This document shows, one piece after another, positions 19,517 through 29,500 of a stretch of DNA of 64,000 nt. The DNA is taken from NCBI GenBank assembly GCA_965657355.1, contig CBFHOE010000004.1:143584-207583 (forward strand), read 5' to 3'. Each line of letters starts with the position of its first letter. Within the stretch, counting starts at the first letter, position 1. The position numbers were made by a program, and so were the translations under genes. The notes below the pieces were generated by a model. The model worked only from the letters and a program-made list of their open reading frames with translations. It was not told the DNA's origin and made no database searches. This stretch comes from Limisphaerales bacterium (GTDB taxonomy: Bacteria > Verrucomicrobiota > Verrucomicrobiia > Limisphaerales > JAJOIW01).

Positions 19517-19529
19517 AGATAAAAAACGA

Positions 19530-21980
19530 ATGAAGTTAAAGTTTTTCAGATACGCTGTATTGGTCGTGCTCTTATGCTGGGGGAATGCGAACACCCAAGA
19601 GACAGGTGGATTGCAAACCTCAACAGTGACCAAGATTGGGATACACCATATTGGACCCGCGGCTGCGAGTGAATCGATGATTCGTTCGCACATCAGGACC
19701 ACTGAAGGGAAAGAGTATAACCCAAACATGCTGGATGATGACGTCCGCAATTTATATAAAACAGGGTTTTTCCAGCTGGTTCGGGTGACGAGAGACCCAA
19801 TGGCGGAAGGAATGTCGGTTACTTTTGTTTTACAGGGAAAGCCTATTGTCACCGATATGACTTTCGTTGGGAATGAGAAATACAGTGCAGGAAAGTTGCT
19901 CAAAGAAGTTGATACAGTTGTCGGCGAGCCCATCGATGACAGAAAGCTGTTTTTTGATGCACAGGCCATTGAAGATTTTTACCAGAGAAAAGGCTATTAC
20001 GACATTGAGGTCACTATCGAAAAACAAGTTAGTGAGCTTAGCGGTCGTGGAAGCGTGCGATTTGTCATTGACGAAGGCGAGAAAATAAAAATCAAAGACG
20101 TCGTTTTTAATGGTGTCGATGGATTCACTCAAAAAGAATTGCGCAAAGTTTTAGATACAAAGCGCACGTGGTGGCTCGCCTGGTTAACCGGTGATGGCAA
20201 ACTTAAACGAGAAGTTTTGGAAGATGACAGAGAGAGGCTCAACGCGTTTTTCAGGAACGAGGGGTTTTTAGATATCGAGATTACCAATTTTCAAATTGAA
20301 CAAGTCGATGCTAATAAAGTTGTTCTTGTTTTCAACATAGAGCAAGGCCAAAAGTATGTTACGGGTGATATTGAGTTCTCAGGTAATACATTATACACCA
20401 AAGAAGAGCTGGAAGAGGCCATGGAAATGAAGCCTTCAGAAACCTTTTCACCAAAAGGTTTCTCTGATAACCGCAAGGCTGTATACGATCTCTACGACTC
20501 TCGCGGTTACATCGATTCACGAGTCCGGATTGATCAAGATCCAAACATAGAGACAGGTAAGATAGATCTCAAATATGAAATTGATGAGGGTCAGCAATCC
20601 TACATTGATAGAATCCTGATTCAAGGGAACACTAGAACTAAGGATAAAGTCATCCGACGCGAGTTGGCCGTAAACCCAGGTGAAGTCTATGACAACCTTC
20701 GAGTCGAGGTGAGCAAGAAAAGAATTGAGCGGCTCAATTTATTTGCAGCTGTGGAAGTCGAGCCATTAGAGACGGACGTGCCAAACCGCAGGGATCTTTC
20801 TCTGACCGTCACTGAAAAAAGTACTGCCAAACTTCAGTTTGGTGCCGGATTCTCCACAGTCGACAACATTATCGGATTTGTTGAATTCAGCGAGTCCAAC
20901 TTTGACATTGGTAAATGGTCTTACCCTAAGTTCCAAGGTGCTGGTCAAAAACTGAGGATGAGGGCGCAAATGGGTGCTCGAAGGCAGGATTACACCATCC
21001 GATTTATTGAGCCTTGGTTTTTGGATAAGAAGCTTCAATTGGGAGTTGATCTCTTTCATAGAGATCTGAATTTTAACAGTGATGACTACAGCGAATCGAG
21101 GACAGGTGGAAAAGTCACCCTCACCAAGCCAATTCTTGAAAACTGGGTATCCGGGTTGAGGGGGTCGCTCGGGTATGGGATCGAGCGGGTTAAATTGAAC
21201 TTCGACACAGCCGGTATCTCCCGCGCAGAATCTGTCGCGATTCAGAACAAGTTGGAAAACAACATCCCACTAACACCTGCTGAGCAGGCGGCTATTGATA
21301 CCGGCCGGCAATCCTTGATTTCTCCCGATTTGGTTGCCGAGGAAACTGGTACAAGATGGGTGTCTAAAGGTTTGGCTGGCATTGCCTACGATACTCGCCG
21401 AGGTGACCCACTTTTCCCTTCCAGTGGCACCCTAACAAAGCTTGATGCGACTCTCACAGGAGGTCCCCTTGGCTTTGACACAGACTATTATAGTTTAGAA
21501 GCAAAATCTCGATGGTATTTTCCTGGAGCCTTTAGAGGGCATACCATCCAAGTCAAAGGCGATCTTGGGGTCATGGATGCGTTCGGGGATTCCGACCAGG
21601 TCCCACTATTTGACCGCTACTTTCTCGGTGGTGCCTACAATTTGAGAGGCTATGATTTCAGGGAAGTCGGCCCAAGAGATACTTTTTTGAATGGGGAGCC
21701 GCTCGGTGGAAATACCTATTGGCTGGGAACCGTTGAATATATCATTCCTTTGATTGAGCAACTCAAATTCGCGGTTTTCTACGATATAGGAAACGTATAT
21801 CCCGACGCTTATGCCTTTAACCAATTTAGCGAATTTAGTGATGACTGGGGCGTTGGGTTAAGATTGCAGACACCTTTAGGACCACTGAAACTTGATTATG
21901 CCATTCCCATTGGAGATAATGATGGATATGGCAGGGATGACGGTGTCGTCCAATTCGGGATCACTGTGAGAGAATTTTGA
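19530..21980 (+). CDS. bamA: Outer membrane protein assembly factor BamA
   Basis: Signal peptide from ATG 19530, POTRA repeats (GNTRTKDKVIRRE), LRGY loop motif and terminal Phe. Confidence 0.95.
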   Translation: MKLKFFRYAVLVVLLCWGNANTQETGGLQTSTVTKIGIHHIGPAAASESMIRSHIRTTEGKEYNPNMLDDDVRNLYKTGFFQLVRVTRDPMAEGMSVTFVLQGKPIVTDMTFVGNEKYSAGKLLKEVDTVVGEPIDDRKLFFDAQAIEDFYQRKGYYDIEVTIEKQVSELSGRGSVRFVIDEGEKIKIKDVVFNGVDGFTQKELRKVLDTKRTWWLAWLTGDGKLKREVLEDDRERLNAFFRNEGFLDIEITNFQIEQVDANKVVLVFNIEQGQKYVTGDIEFSGNTLYTKEELEEAMEMKPSETFSPKGFSDNRKAVYDLYDSRGYIDSRVRIDQDPNIETGKIDLKYEIDEGQQSYIDRILIQGNTRTKDKVIRRELAVNPGEVYDNLRVEVSKKRIERLNLFAAVEVEPLETDVPNRRDLSLTVTEKSTAKLQFGAGFSTVDNIIGFVEFSESNFDIGKWSYPKFQGAGQKLRMRAQMGARRQDYTIRFIEPWFLDKKLQLGVDLFHRDLNFNSDDYSESRTGGKVTLTKPILENWVSGLRGSLGYGIERVKLNFDTAGISRAESVAIQNKLENNIPLTPAEQAAIDTGRQSLISPDLVAEETGTRWVSKGLAGIAYDTRRGDPLFPSSGTLTKLDATLTGGPLGFDTDYYSLEAKSRWYFPGAFRGHTIQVKGDLGVMDAFGDSDQVPLFDRYFLGGAYNLRGYDFREVGPRDTFLNGEPLGGNTYWLGTVEYIIPLIEQLKFAVFYDIGNVYPDAYAFNQFSEFSDDWGVGLRLQTPLGPLKLDYAIPIGDNDGYGRDDGVVQFGITVREF

Positions 21981-22017
21981 TCGAAATCTGCCACAAATCA
22001 TTTAGTCTATAAAAACA

Positions 22018-22626
22018 ATGAAGTTATCAGCACTAGTATTCACATTTGTCATTTGTCTCTTTTCGGCAACATCGGTTTCTGCTCAGCAAAATATTGCTGT
22101 TGTGGATTTGCAAAAGGTTTTTGATGGTTATTACAAAACTAAAGAAGCAGACAAAGAGTTAAAAGCACAGGGCCAGGAACTGGACCGCACTCTCAAAGAA
22201 ATGCTTGAAAACCACAAAGCGAAGCTAGCTGAGGTTGAAAGTTCAAGGCAAAACGCCACAAACCCAGCTCTCAGCCAGGTCGAAAGAGAACGCTTAGCTA
22301 AGGAATCTGACTCAAAACTTAACGACCTTCGAGTTCTTGAAGGAAATATTCAAAAATTTGATCAAACATCCAAATCACGTCTTGCACAAATGCAGCTCGA
22401 TTACAGACAGAAAATAATCAAAGAGCTTAGCGAGGTCATTAAAACCATAGCGCTGCAAAAAGGGTTCGATATGGTTATCGATTCTGCGGCTAAGAGTAAA
22501 AATGACACTCCCATTGTTCTCTTCTCCAACGGGAAAACTGACATCACAGACGAGACCATCAAGGAGGCTAACAAATCTAAAAACGCTAGCTTAGCACCCA
22601 CAGGTTTGTCGCCATTAGGTCAATAG
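22018..22626 (+). CDS. skp: OmpH/Skp periplasmic chaperone
   Basis: Signal peptide, IAVVDLQKVF, coiled coil and DIT near the C-terminus. Lies directly after bamA. Confidence 0.9.
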   Translation: MKLSALVFTFVICLFSATSVSAQQNIAVVDLQKVFDGYYKTKEADKELKAQGQELDRTLKEMLENHKAKLAEVESSRQNATNPALSQVERERLAKESDSKLNDLRVLEGNIQKFDQTSKSRLAQMQLDYRQKIIKELSEVIKTIALQKGFDMVIDSAAKSKNDTPIVLFSNGKTDITDETIKEANKSKNASLAPTGLSPLGQ

Positions 22627-22650
22627 TAGCTTTCCTCATTTGATTCTTTG

Positions 22651-22692
22651 GCGCAGATGGGATCGTTTCCTCATCTGCGTTTGTTTTATTTT
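22651..22692 (+). terminator. Probable rho-independent terminator after skp
   Basis: gcgcagatggga-tcgtt-tcctcatctgcgt followed by ttgttttatttt. Confidence 0.55.
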
Positions 22693-22722
22693 AGAAAAGG
22701 AGAAAATACATTTACCTTAAAT

Positions 22723-24075
22723 ATGCCAAGTGTGTTTATAAAGACATATGGTTGTCAGATGAATGAGAGGGATTCTGAAGCTGTGGCGTCGCAGCTTGTT
22801 GACAACGGTTATGAATTAGCTCTCTCTGAACGTTCAGCCGATGTCATTCTATTGAATACATGCAGCGTAAGAGACATGGCTGAACAAAAGGCCATTGGAA
22901 AGATGCAAAACCTTGTCGCTGAGTCCAAAAGAAATAAACCTCAGCAGATTATGGGGTTCTTGGGATGCATGGCTCAAAGCCGAGGTGAAGAGTTAGTCAA
23001 AAATATTCCTGGCGTAAAACTCGTCCTCGGGACTCAAAAGTTTCACCGAGCCCCTGAGTATCTCGATCAAATTTTCTCGGGAGCATCCAAATCTATCGTT
23101 GATATAGAAGAAGAAAAAGGTAGCGAATCCACTATCAGAGAGCACCTCCCAGCGACACCGGGAACCAAACAAGCTGTTTCTACCTTTGTGTCAATCATGC
23201 AAGGTTGTAATCAACATTGTTCCTTTTGCATCGTACCTTTTACCCGCGGACATGAAAGGTGCCGACCTATTGATGAAATTGTGGATGAGTGCCGGAACCT
23301 CGTCGCTCGCGGAGTCAAAGAGGTCACTCTTTTAGGGCAAATTGTCAATTCTTATGGCAAACGAGATATTCCTTTGAAGGATGGGAAATCTGGATTCGTT
23401 CAATTGCTCGAGGCTGTTAACGAGATCAAAGGATTGGATAGGATTCGTTTTACCTCCCCGCACCCAAAAGGATACGGAATGGATTTGGTAGAAGCCTACG
23501 CGCGGTTGCCCAAATTATGTGAAAGTGCTCACATACCTCTGCAGAGCGGCTCTAACCGATTGTTAAAGCTCATGAGGCGTCAATACACAAGAGAAAGATT
23601 CATGGAACTTGTGGCCCAATTGAGGTCTGTGACTCCAAATATTGGCTTGTCGACCGACATAATTGTTGGATTCCCGGGTGAGACAGAGGAGGATTTTCTT
23701 CAAACAGTTGATATCGTCAAAGAAGTAGAATTTGATCAAGCCTACATCTTTCGTTACAGCAAAAGAAAGAATACTCCCGCATCCGAAATGGCAAATCAAC
23801 TTTCCGAATCAATCAAAGAGGAGAGAAATCAGCATCTTCTGAAAGTCATGAATGAAATTGGAGAGAAGAGATTCAATACTTTTATCGGGAAGTCTGTTGA
23901 GGTTTTAGTGACTGGACCCAGCCGCAAAAATTCGGCTAGGCTAGAAGGGAGAACCAGGTGCCATAAAATAGTTGTCTTTGAAGGGAATCAAAGACTTATC
24001 GGTCAAACGATACCAATTCAGATTCAAAGGGTTGGATCATTCACCTTATACGGAGACCCTGTCATACATAACTGA
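22723..24075 (+). CDS. miaB: tRNA-2-methylthio-N6-dimethylallyladenosine synthase
   Basis: TYGCQMN, NTCSVR, GCMAQ, radical SAM CNQHCSFC and a C-terminal TRAM domain. Start at ATG 22723. Confidence 0.95.
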   Translation: MPSVFIKTYGCQMNERDSEAVASQLVDNGYELALSERSADVILLNTCSVRDMAEQKAIGKMQNLVAESKRNKPQQIMGFLGCMAQSRGEELVKNIPGVKLVLGTQKFHRAPEYLDQIFSGASKSIVDIEEEKGSESTIREHLPATPGTKQAVSTFVSIMQGCNQHCSFCIVPFTRGHERCRPIDEIVDECRNLVARGVKEVTLLGQIVNSYGKRDIPLKDGKSGFVQLLEAVNEIKGLDRIRFTSPHPKGYGMDLVEAYARLPKLCESAHIPLQSGSNRLLKLMRRQYTRERFMELVAQLRSVTPNIGLSTDIIVGFPGETEEDFLQTVDIVKEVEFDQAYIFRYSKRKNTPASEMANQLSESIKEERNQHLLKVMNEIGEKRFNTFIGKSVEVLVTGPSRKNSARLEGRTRCHKIVVFEGNQRLIGQTIPIQIQRVGSFTLYGDPVIHN

Positions 24076-24090
24076 ATTTAAAAAATATTC

Positions 24091-24639
24091 ATGAACTTTT
24101 CACAAATAACAATCGTTCTTGGTTTGATAGCTTTAGCGGCATCCATTTATGGACTCTTGAATCAAGAAAAATTTAAACAATGGGCATTATCTTTCCCTAG
24201 ATCCAATGTCTGGGGGTATTTTTTTATGGGCGTTTCTACTGGCTGGTTCCTTTACAATTTTAGCTCAGAAAATATTGCAGACTTTGAAAGAATAAAGAAT
24301 CTAATGCTTCTATTATTTCTCGCTGTCGGAGTAGGAGCTATGCTTTGGGTCAAAGATTATTTGGCTGTGCGCGGGTTTTCTGTTTTTATCATTCTTTTGG
24401 CACACACAATAGTAGAGCTTTCGCGCGAGGTTCCCACGCAATGGAGATTGGTCATGGTTGCCATCTCTTACGCCTACGTCCTATTCGGAATCATTTGTAC
24501 GATTAAGCCATATTTGATGAGAGATCTTATTCATTGGGCTACAAATTCGTCGTCTCGCCTCAAGATTCTTCTCATTATACGCGGTGCGATAGGAGTTCTC
24601 CTTTTCATCCTTGGACTGACTCAATTTAAAGGTTATTGA
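24091..24639 (+). CDS. Hypothetical membrane protein (about 6 TM helices)
   Basis: Hydrophobic ORF co-directional with miaB and 15 bp downstream of it. Confidence 0.7.
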   Translation: MNFSQITIVLGLIALAASIYGLLNQEKFKQWALSFPRSNVWGYFFMGVSTGWFLYNFSSENIADFERIKNLMLLLFLAVGVGAMLWVKDYLAVRGFSVFIILLAHTIVELSREVPTQWRLVMVAISYAYVLFGIICTIKPYLMRDLIHWATNSSSRLKILLIIRGAIGVLLFILGLTQFKGY

Positions 24640-24685
24640 AGTTGGCACCTCAGGGATCACGCTGCATTTTGTGTAAGGAAATCCT

Positions 24686-25639
24686 ATGGCGAACAAAAAT
24701 AAGATTTTGGTAATCCGGGGTGGAGCTATTGGCGATTTCATCCTGACACTGCCCGTTTTCTCAGCGCTCAAAGAACAATTTCCAAAATCCCAGATTGATG
24801 TTTTAGGTTATGCCCATATCGCAGAATTGGCGCTTCTATCTGGACATGTCGACCAAGTGCACTCTATCGAGGCACGGGGACTCGCTGGTTATTTCGCAAA
24901 AAATGGAGACTTGGATAAGAAATTAAAAGATTTGTTCAATACTTATGGGCTAATCATTTCTTACCTTTACGATCCACAGGAAATTTTCAAAACAAACGTT
25001 GCAAAAATCTCTGATGCTCAATTTATTATTGGACCTCACCGTCCTGATGACTCTGGGCATGTCCACGCTACTGAGGTTTTCCTGGACCCGCTTAAGGCAT
25101 TGGCTATTTTTGAACCAGATATACGCCCTAAAATTTCTGGTGATTTACTTCCTGTTGCTCCAATAGAAATCAAGAAAACGGATCGCCAATTTTTACTCGC
25201 TATTCATCCAGGAAGTGGTAGCGAAAAAAAGAATTGGCCTGAAGAAAATTGGGTGACTTTAATAAAAAATCTTATTGCAGAAACTGATATCAAATTTCTG
25301 CTTGTTGGAGGAGAATCCGAAAGGGAAAGGTACATTAATATTTCTCGAATTATTCCAAGTGATAGAAAATATGAAAGTTATTCTTTACCTCTTAGCGAGC
25401 TGGCTAGCTGCTTGAGTAAGGCTGACGGATTTCTCGGACACGACAGTGGGTTATCCCATCTGGCCGCCGCAGTTGGGATTGAAGGAATCGTCCTCTGGCC
25501 TCATACGAACCCTCGGGTTTGGGCCCCGAGGTCGGAAAAGATGAGGCTCGTTTATAATGAAAGCGGTATCGCCTATATCACGGTAATGGAAGTCTTTGAC
25601 AGAATTTTAAAATTCTTTATCAACAAACAAAATTCTTAA
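24686..25639 (+). CDS. Glycosyltransferase family 9 (ADP-heptose:LPS heptosyltransferase-like)
   Basis: KILVIRGGAIGDFILT, HPGSG..KNWP and GHDSGLSHLAAA. Confidence 0.9.
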   Translation: MANKNKILVIRGGAIGDFILTLPVFSALKEQFPKSQIDVLGYAHIAELALLSGHVDQVHSIEARGLAGYFAKNGDLDKKLKDLFNTYGLIISYLYDPQEIFKTNVAKISDAQFIIGPHRPDDSGHVHATEVFLDPLKALAIFEPDIRPKISGDLLPVAPIEIKKTDRQFLLAIHPGSGSEKKNWPEENWVTLIKNLIAETDIKFLLVGGESERERYINISRIIPSDRKYESYSLPLSELASCLSKADGFLGHDSGLSHLAAAVGIEGIVLWPHTNPRVWAPRSEKMRLVYNESGIAYITVMEVFDRILKFFINKQNS

Positions 25640-25640
25640 A

Positions 25641-26525
25641 ATGAAAGAACATACATCAGAGTTATTTTTTGACTCCAAATCCATCCTTTCTGAAGGTCCT
25701 GGATACCACCCTGAAAAGAATAAAATTCTGTGGGTGGATATTGAAGCAGGAATTATTAACGAGTTGGATTTCGACACTAAAATAAACAAGCAAATACTTT
25801 TGGGCGGGAAAGTAGGTTTTGCCGTTTATGACGCAAACAGCTCTATTGTGGCCGGTGCTCAAAATGGATTTATCCGAGTGGATCCGCAAACAGGCGGTCT
25901 AACCAATATTGGCAATCCTGAAGAAAGTTTTAAGGATAATCGCTTCAATGATGGTAAAGCTGGCCCCGACGGAAATATTTGGGCAGGAACGATGAGCGTT
26001 CATGAAACACCCAAAGCAGGTTCATTTTATAAACTAGATTCGCCAAATTTGGATATCCAAAAACAATTCGGGAATGTGACCATTTCAAATGGCCTGGCAT
26101 GGGATCTCGAGGCGAATATCTTTTACTACATTGATACGCCCACTATGTCTATAGACGCCTTTGACTTTGATTTAGATAATAGCCAAATTTCTAACCGGAG
26201 AACAGTTGTGAAAATACCTGATGGAGTGGGCTATCCGGATGGAATGACAATAGATGATGAGGGCAATTTATGGGTTGCCATGTGGGCCGGTTGGGGCGTG
26301 CTGAAATTTAATCCCAAAACTGGCCATTTAGTGGAAAAAGTTTCCGTCCCGGTCGAATGTGTGTCAGCTTGTTGCTTTGCAGGCCCAGAGCGAGATGCAT
26401 TGGTGATAACGAGCTCCAGTCGCGATCTTAAACCGGGCCAGGAACTAGAGCAACCCCACGCAGGTTCACTCTTCGTCGCTTACCCAGGAGCTAAAGGACC
26501 ATCAGCTAATATTTTTGCCGGTTGA
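25641..26525 (+). CDS. SMP-30/gluconolactonase/LRE family protein
   Basis: EGP, RFNDGK, SNGLAW and PDGMTID motifs. Confidence 0.9.
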   Translation: MKEHTSELFFDSKSILSEGPGYHPEKNKILWVDIEAGIINELDFDTKINKQILLGGKVGFAVYDANSSIVAGAQNGFIRVDPQTGGLTNIGNPEESFKDNRFNDGKAGPDGNIWAGTMSVHETPKAGSFYKLDSPNLDIQKQFGNVTISNGLAWDLEANIFYYIDTPTMSIDAFDFDLDNSQISNRRTVVKIPDGVGYPDGMTIDDEGNLWVAMWAGWGVLKFNPKTGHLVEKVSVPVECVSACCFAGPERDALVITSSSRDLKPGQELEQPHAGSLFVAYPGAKGPSANIFAG

Positions 26526-26555
26526 GTTTGAGTCTCAAAACTCCAAGGCTAAGTA

Positions 26556-29500
26556 TTAAAAAATCCTAACCCTGTAGAATCGACTATCTCCCTCAGGTAG
26601 TGGAGATGTATTATCTTGGAATAGGATTTGATTTTCTGTGCTGCTCGCTTCGATAGTTCTTAAAACTTTCCATTCTCCAGATGTGAGCGACTCTCTGGCC
26701 TCAATTTGATATTGAGTGTCGGGGAGAGCTTTGAATTCCAGTTCAAATATCCCGTTTGTGTTGAGGCGTCCTGCAACCCTTGGGACTCCTTTCTTATAAT
26801 AACCCGGACTAGGGATTTTTCCCTTCCAATTTGTAGGTTCCGTCCCGATTTTGCCGCCAGATAGGCGATGCATAGAAAGCCCATTATCAGAAAGTCCAAT
26901 CGGCCATGGTTCTTCGCTGCGGTATGTGACTTCGTCCACAATATAATATGGCACAGCATTGGCCTCCGACGAATGATTCGGCTGGGGATCCTCGGCCGCC
27001 TTCACGACGATTTTATCTCCTGCATTATTCAACTGCCCCTTGAATGGTCCTAAAACACTTATTGAATTTGGTATGTTGAAAATTGTTCTGAATGAATCGA
27101 GTTTTGACTGGTTTGCGGTAGGATCGAATTTCACAAGTAGCAAACTCTCACCCGGGTCAATCCATAAATCTTTTGGAAAGTCGAAATCAATGCCACCTCG
27201 AACCCTCCAGGTTAATTCGGGGAAATTAACATTGTAGAGAGCGACTCTGTCGTTGGAAAAATTCGTGAGCTCAACAAATTCATCTTCTGTGTTTGCAGAG
27301 TCATCGTTTGTTGGAGGGGTATACATGATTTCAGAAATAATCACAGGGCCAATTCGTGGCGCCGCTTCTATTTCACCAAATGTCATTTTATTTAATGGAT
27401 GATAAATTACCGATCCCTCTGAGTTGACAAAGCGGCCGAATGATTCCCCAGATTTAGATCCAGGAAAATTTTTTCCATTAGCATACCCAGTAAGAATAGA
27501 ATTCTCATCTTGGCTAAAAATGAATATCTCATCACCGGTTGCGTTTAATGAAAATGGTTCCAATGTTTCGTCTGAGTTTGTTGGGTTAAATTGGTTTTCA
27601 CTTATAACGTATAGTTCCCCTGAACCTAAAATTGTATCTTCTGGGATTCGGAATTTATTAGGTCTTCTTAAGTCATCCGAGACGACCCACCCACCAATAT
27701 CAATGGCGACCTCATCCGCATTAATGATTTCAATCATATCCATGAGTGGTGGGTCTGAATGAAGGAGGACTTCATTGATCACGATATTGGGACTCGCCTC
27801 TGGCGGGCCGTTATCAATTCCAGGGCTACCGTAAATAGAACCACTGGATGACCAGTAATCAATGTCAATCGGCTCTGCATTATCTGGATTAGTATTGACC
27901 AATGAGAAGCCTAGACCATCAGTGAGTGGATACCATCTATCGTCATATTCAGCGACCAAAACTACGCTCTGATCCGATTTATTTACGGCTTCCAGCTTTT
28001 CCCCCCCATTTGAAAGTGATTTTAAATATTCCCCGGCGACCGAGGGCTCAAGATTATTTCCGTAACGCAAGAGAAACGCCTGTTTATTTTTTACTAAAAG
28101 CAACCTTTTCCCGGGGCCGATATATCCTGGTGAGCTGTTTGCGAAATCGAAGTCAATGCCGTCGGTGAATTTAATTTCATTTAAATCCAGGCGCTGGCCG
28201 GATGAATTAAAAAGCTCGATAAACTCGAAATCATTATCCTGGATATTCGGCATCTCACTGATCTCACTTTCAGAGGGCTGTGAGGGGTGATAATTAATCT
28301 CTGTGATAATTATCTCGCCAAAAGTTGGAGGCCTATCAACTGATAGTCGAATATCGGTTATGCCCGACCAATTACTTGAAACAGGTGGGTTGTTTGAACC
28401 TGTTAAATTTTTATGAGTGGTTTTGAATACTCTCGTCCTAATTTTAACTGTTTCATTCACTGTTATCGGAGCGGTGTATCTTATAGCTGCTCCTGCGACA
28501 CTTCCTCCAATTTTTCTGGGATCGCTGCCATCAGTTGTATAATATATTGATCCGCCTTCTTCAGAACTTAGCTTGATTTGGGTGCCGGCAGTGACTGTTC
28601 CCGACTCTATGTTTGATTGGGGACGGGCAAGAAATTGACTGTTGATAAATGAAATCCGATTAGCATACCAGGACTTTAATGTTCGAATTTCGCTATTGTA
28701 GGTTCCCCTGAATCTTCCCCACCGTGATTCGTTACGAATTGCTGCACCCCGCAATTGACCTGCCATCGAATCAATGACTTTTGTAATATTAGTAAGGCTC
28801 AATTCTCCATCATTCAAAACCTGCCACCTGTCAATATAAGCTTGCCAGAATTCAAGATCTCGAAAGAGGTCTCTCCACCATGGATAATTAAAAAAATCAG
28901 TGCCCCTGTCACCTCTGTTAGACCTCCACCTAAATGGGTCATCATCACGACTATCCGTTGAACCCATCGACCTATCAAAATCCCAGATAGGACCGAATTT
29001 AAGTTTTCCTCCTCTGGGAAGGGACATATAGGTACTTAATCTGAGGGCATCTACGTTAAAAGCTAATACGTTGAGAAGGTGGTGGTCTATCCAGGCCTCC
29101 ACATCGATATATTCATGATATTTGGGTACGGGGCGATTTCGGTTAGTGGTCGAACGGACCATCTCATTGAAAAAATTTCTGACCCATGTGCGCTTTGAGG
29201 CATTTTCGGGCTTCTCCATTTCAATTTCTTTAGGTTCGACATACAAAACTCTTTGGCCAGGTGCCGAAAATCCTGAATCTCCTGGATCAGTCCGGTCTAT
29301 CTTGAAAATGTAGCCCCCAGAGATTTCCGGCTCAGATTTGTGCTCTGGAAATAACTTTTCAATATCTACCCGATCATCATCTCGGCTTATCTTCTCCATA
29401 AGAGCATAGACTCCGAAATAATCCGACATCTCCAAATTATCACGGTCTTGATTTATAAATACTTCGACAAAGCGTGTTCTCACGGCGTAAGAACCAATCT

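Noticed and set aside
19416..19529. Apparent dnaB/bamA overlap
   Set aside because: The BamA signal peptide starts at ATG 19530, after the dnaB stop.
22648..22722. Longer miaB start
   Set aside because: It spans a terminator-like hairpin, and the MiaB family N-terminus begins at 22723.
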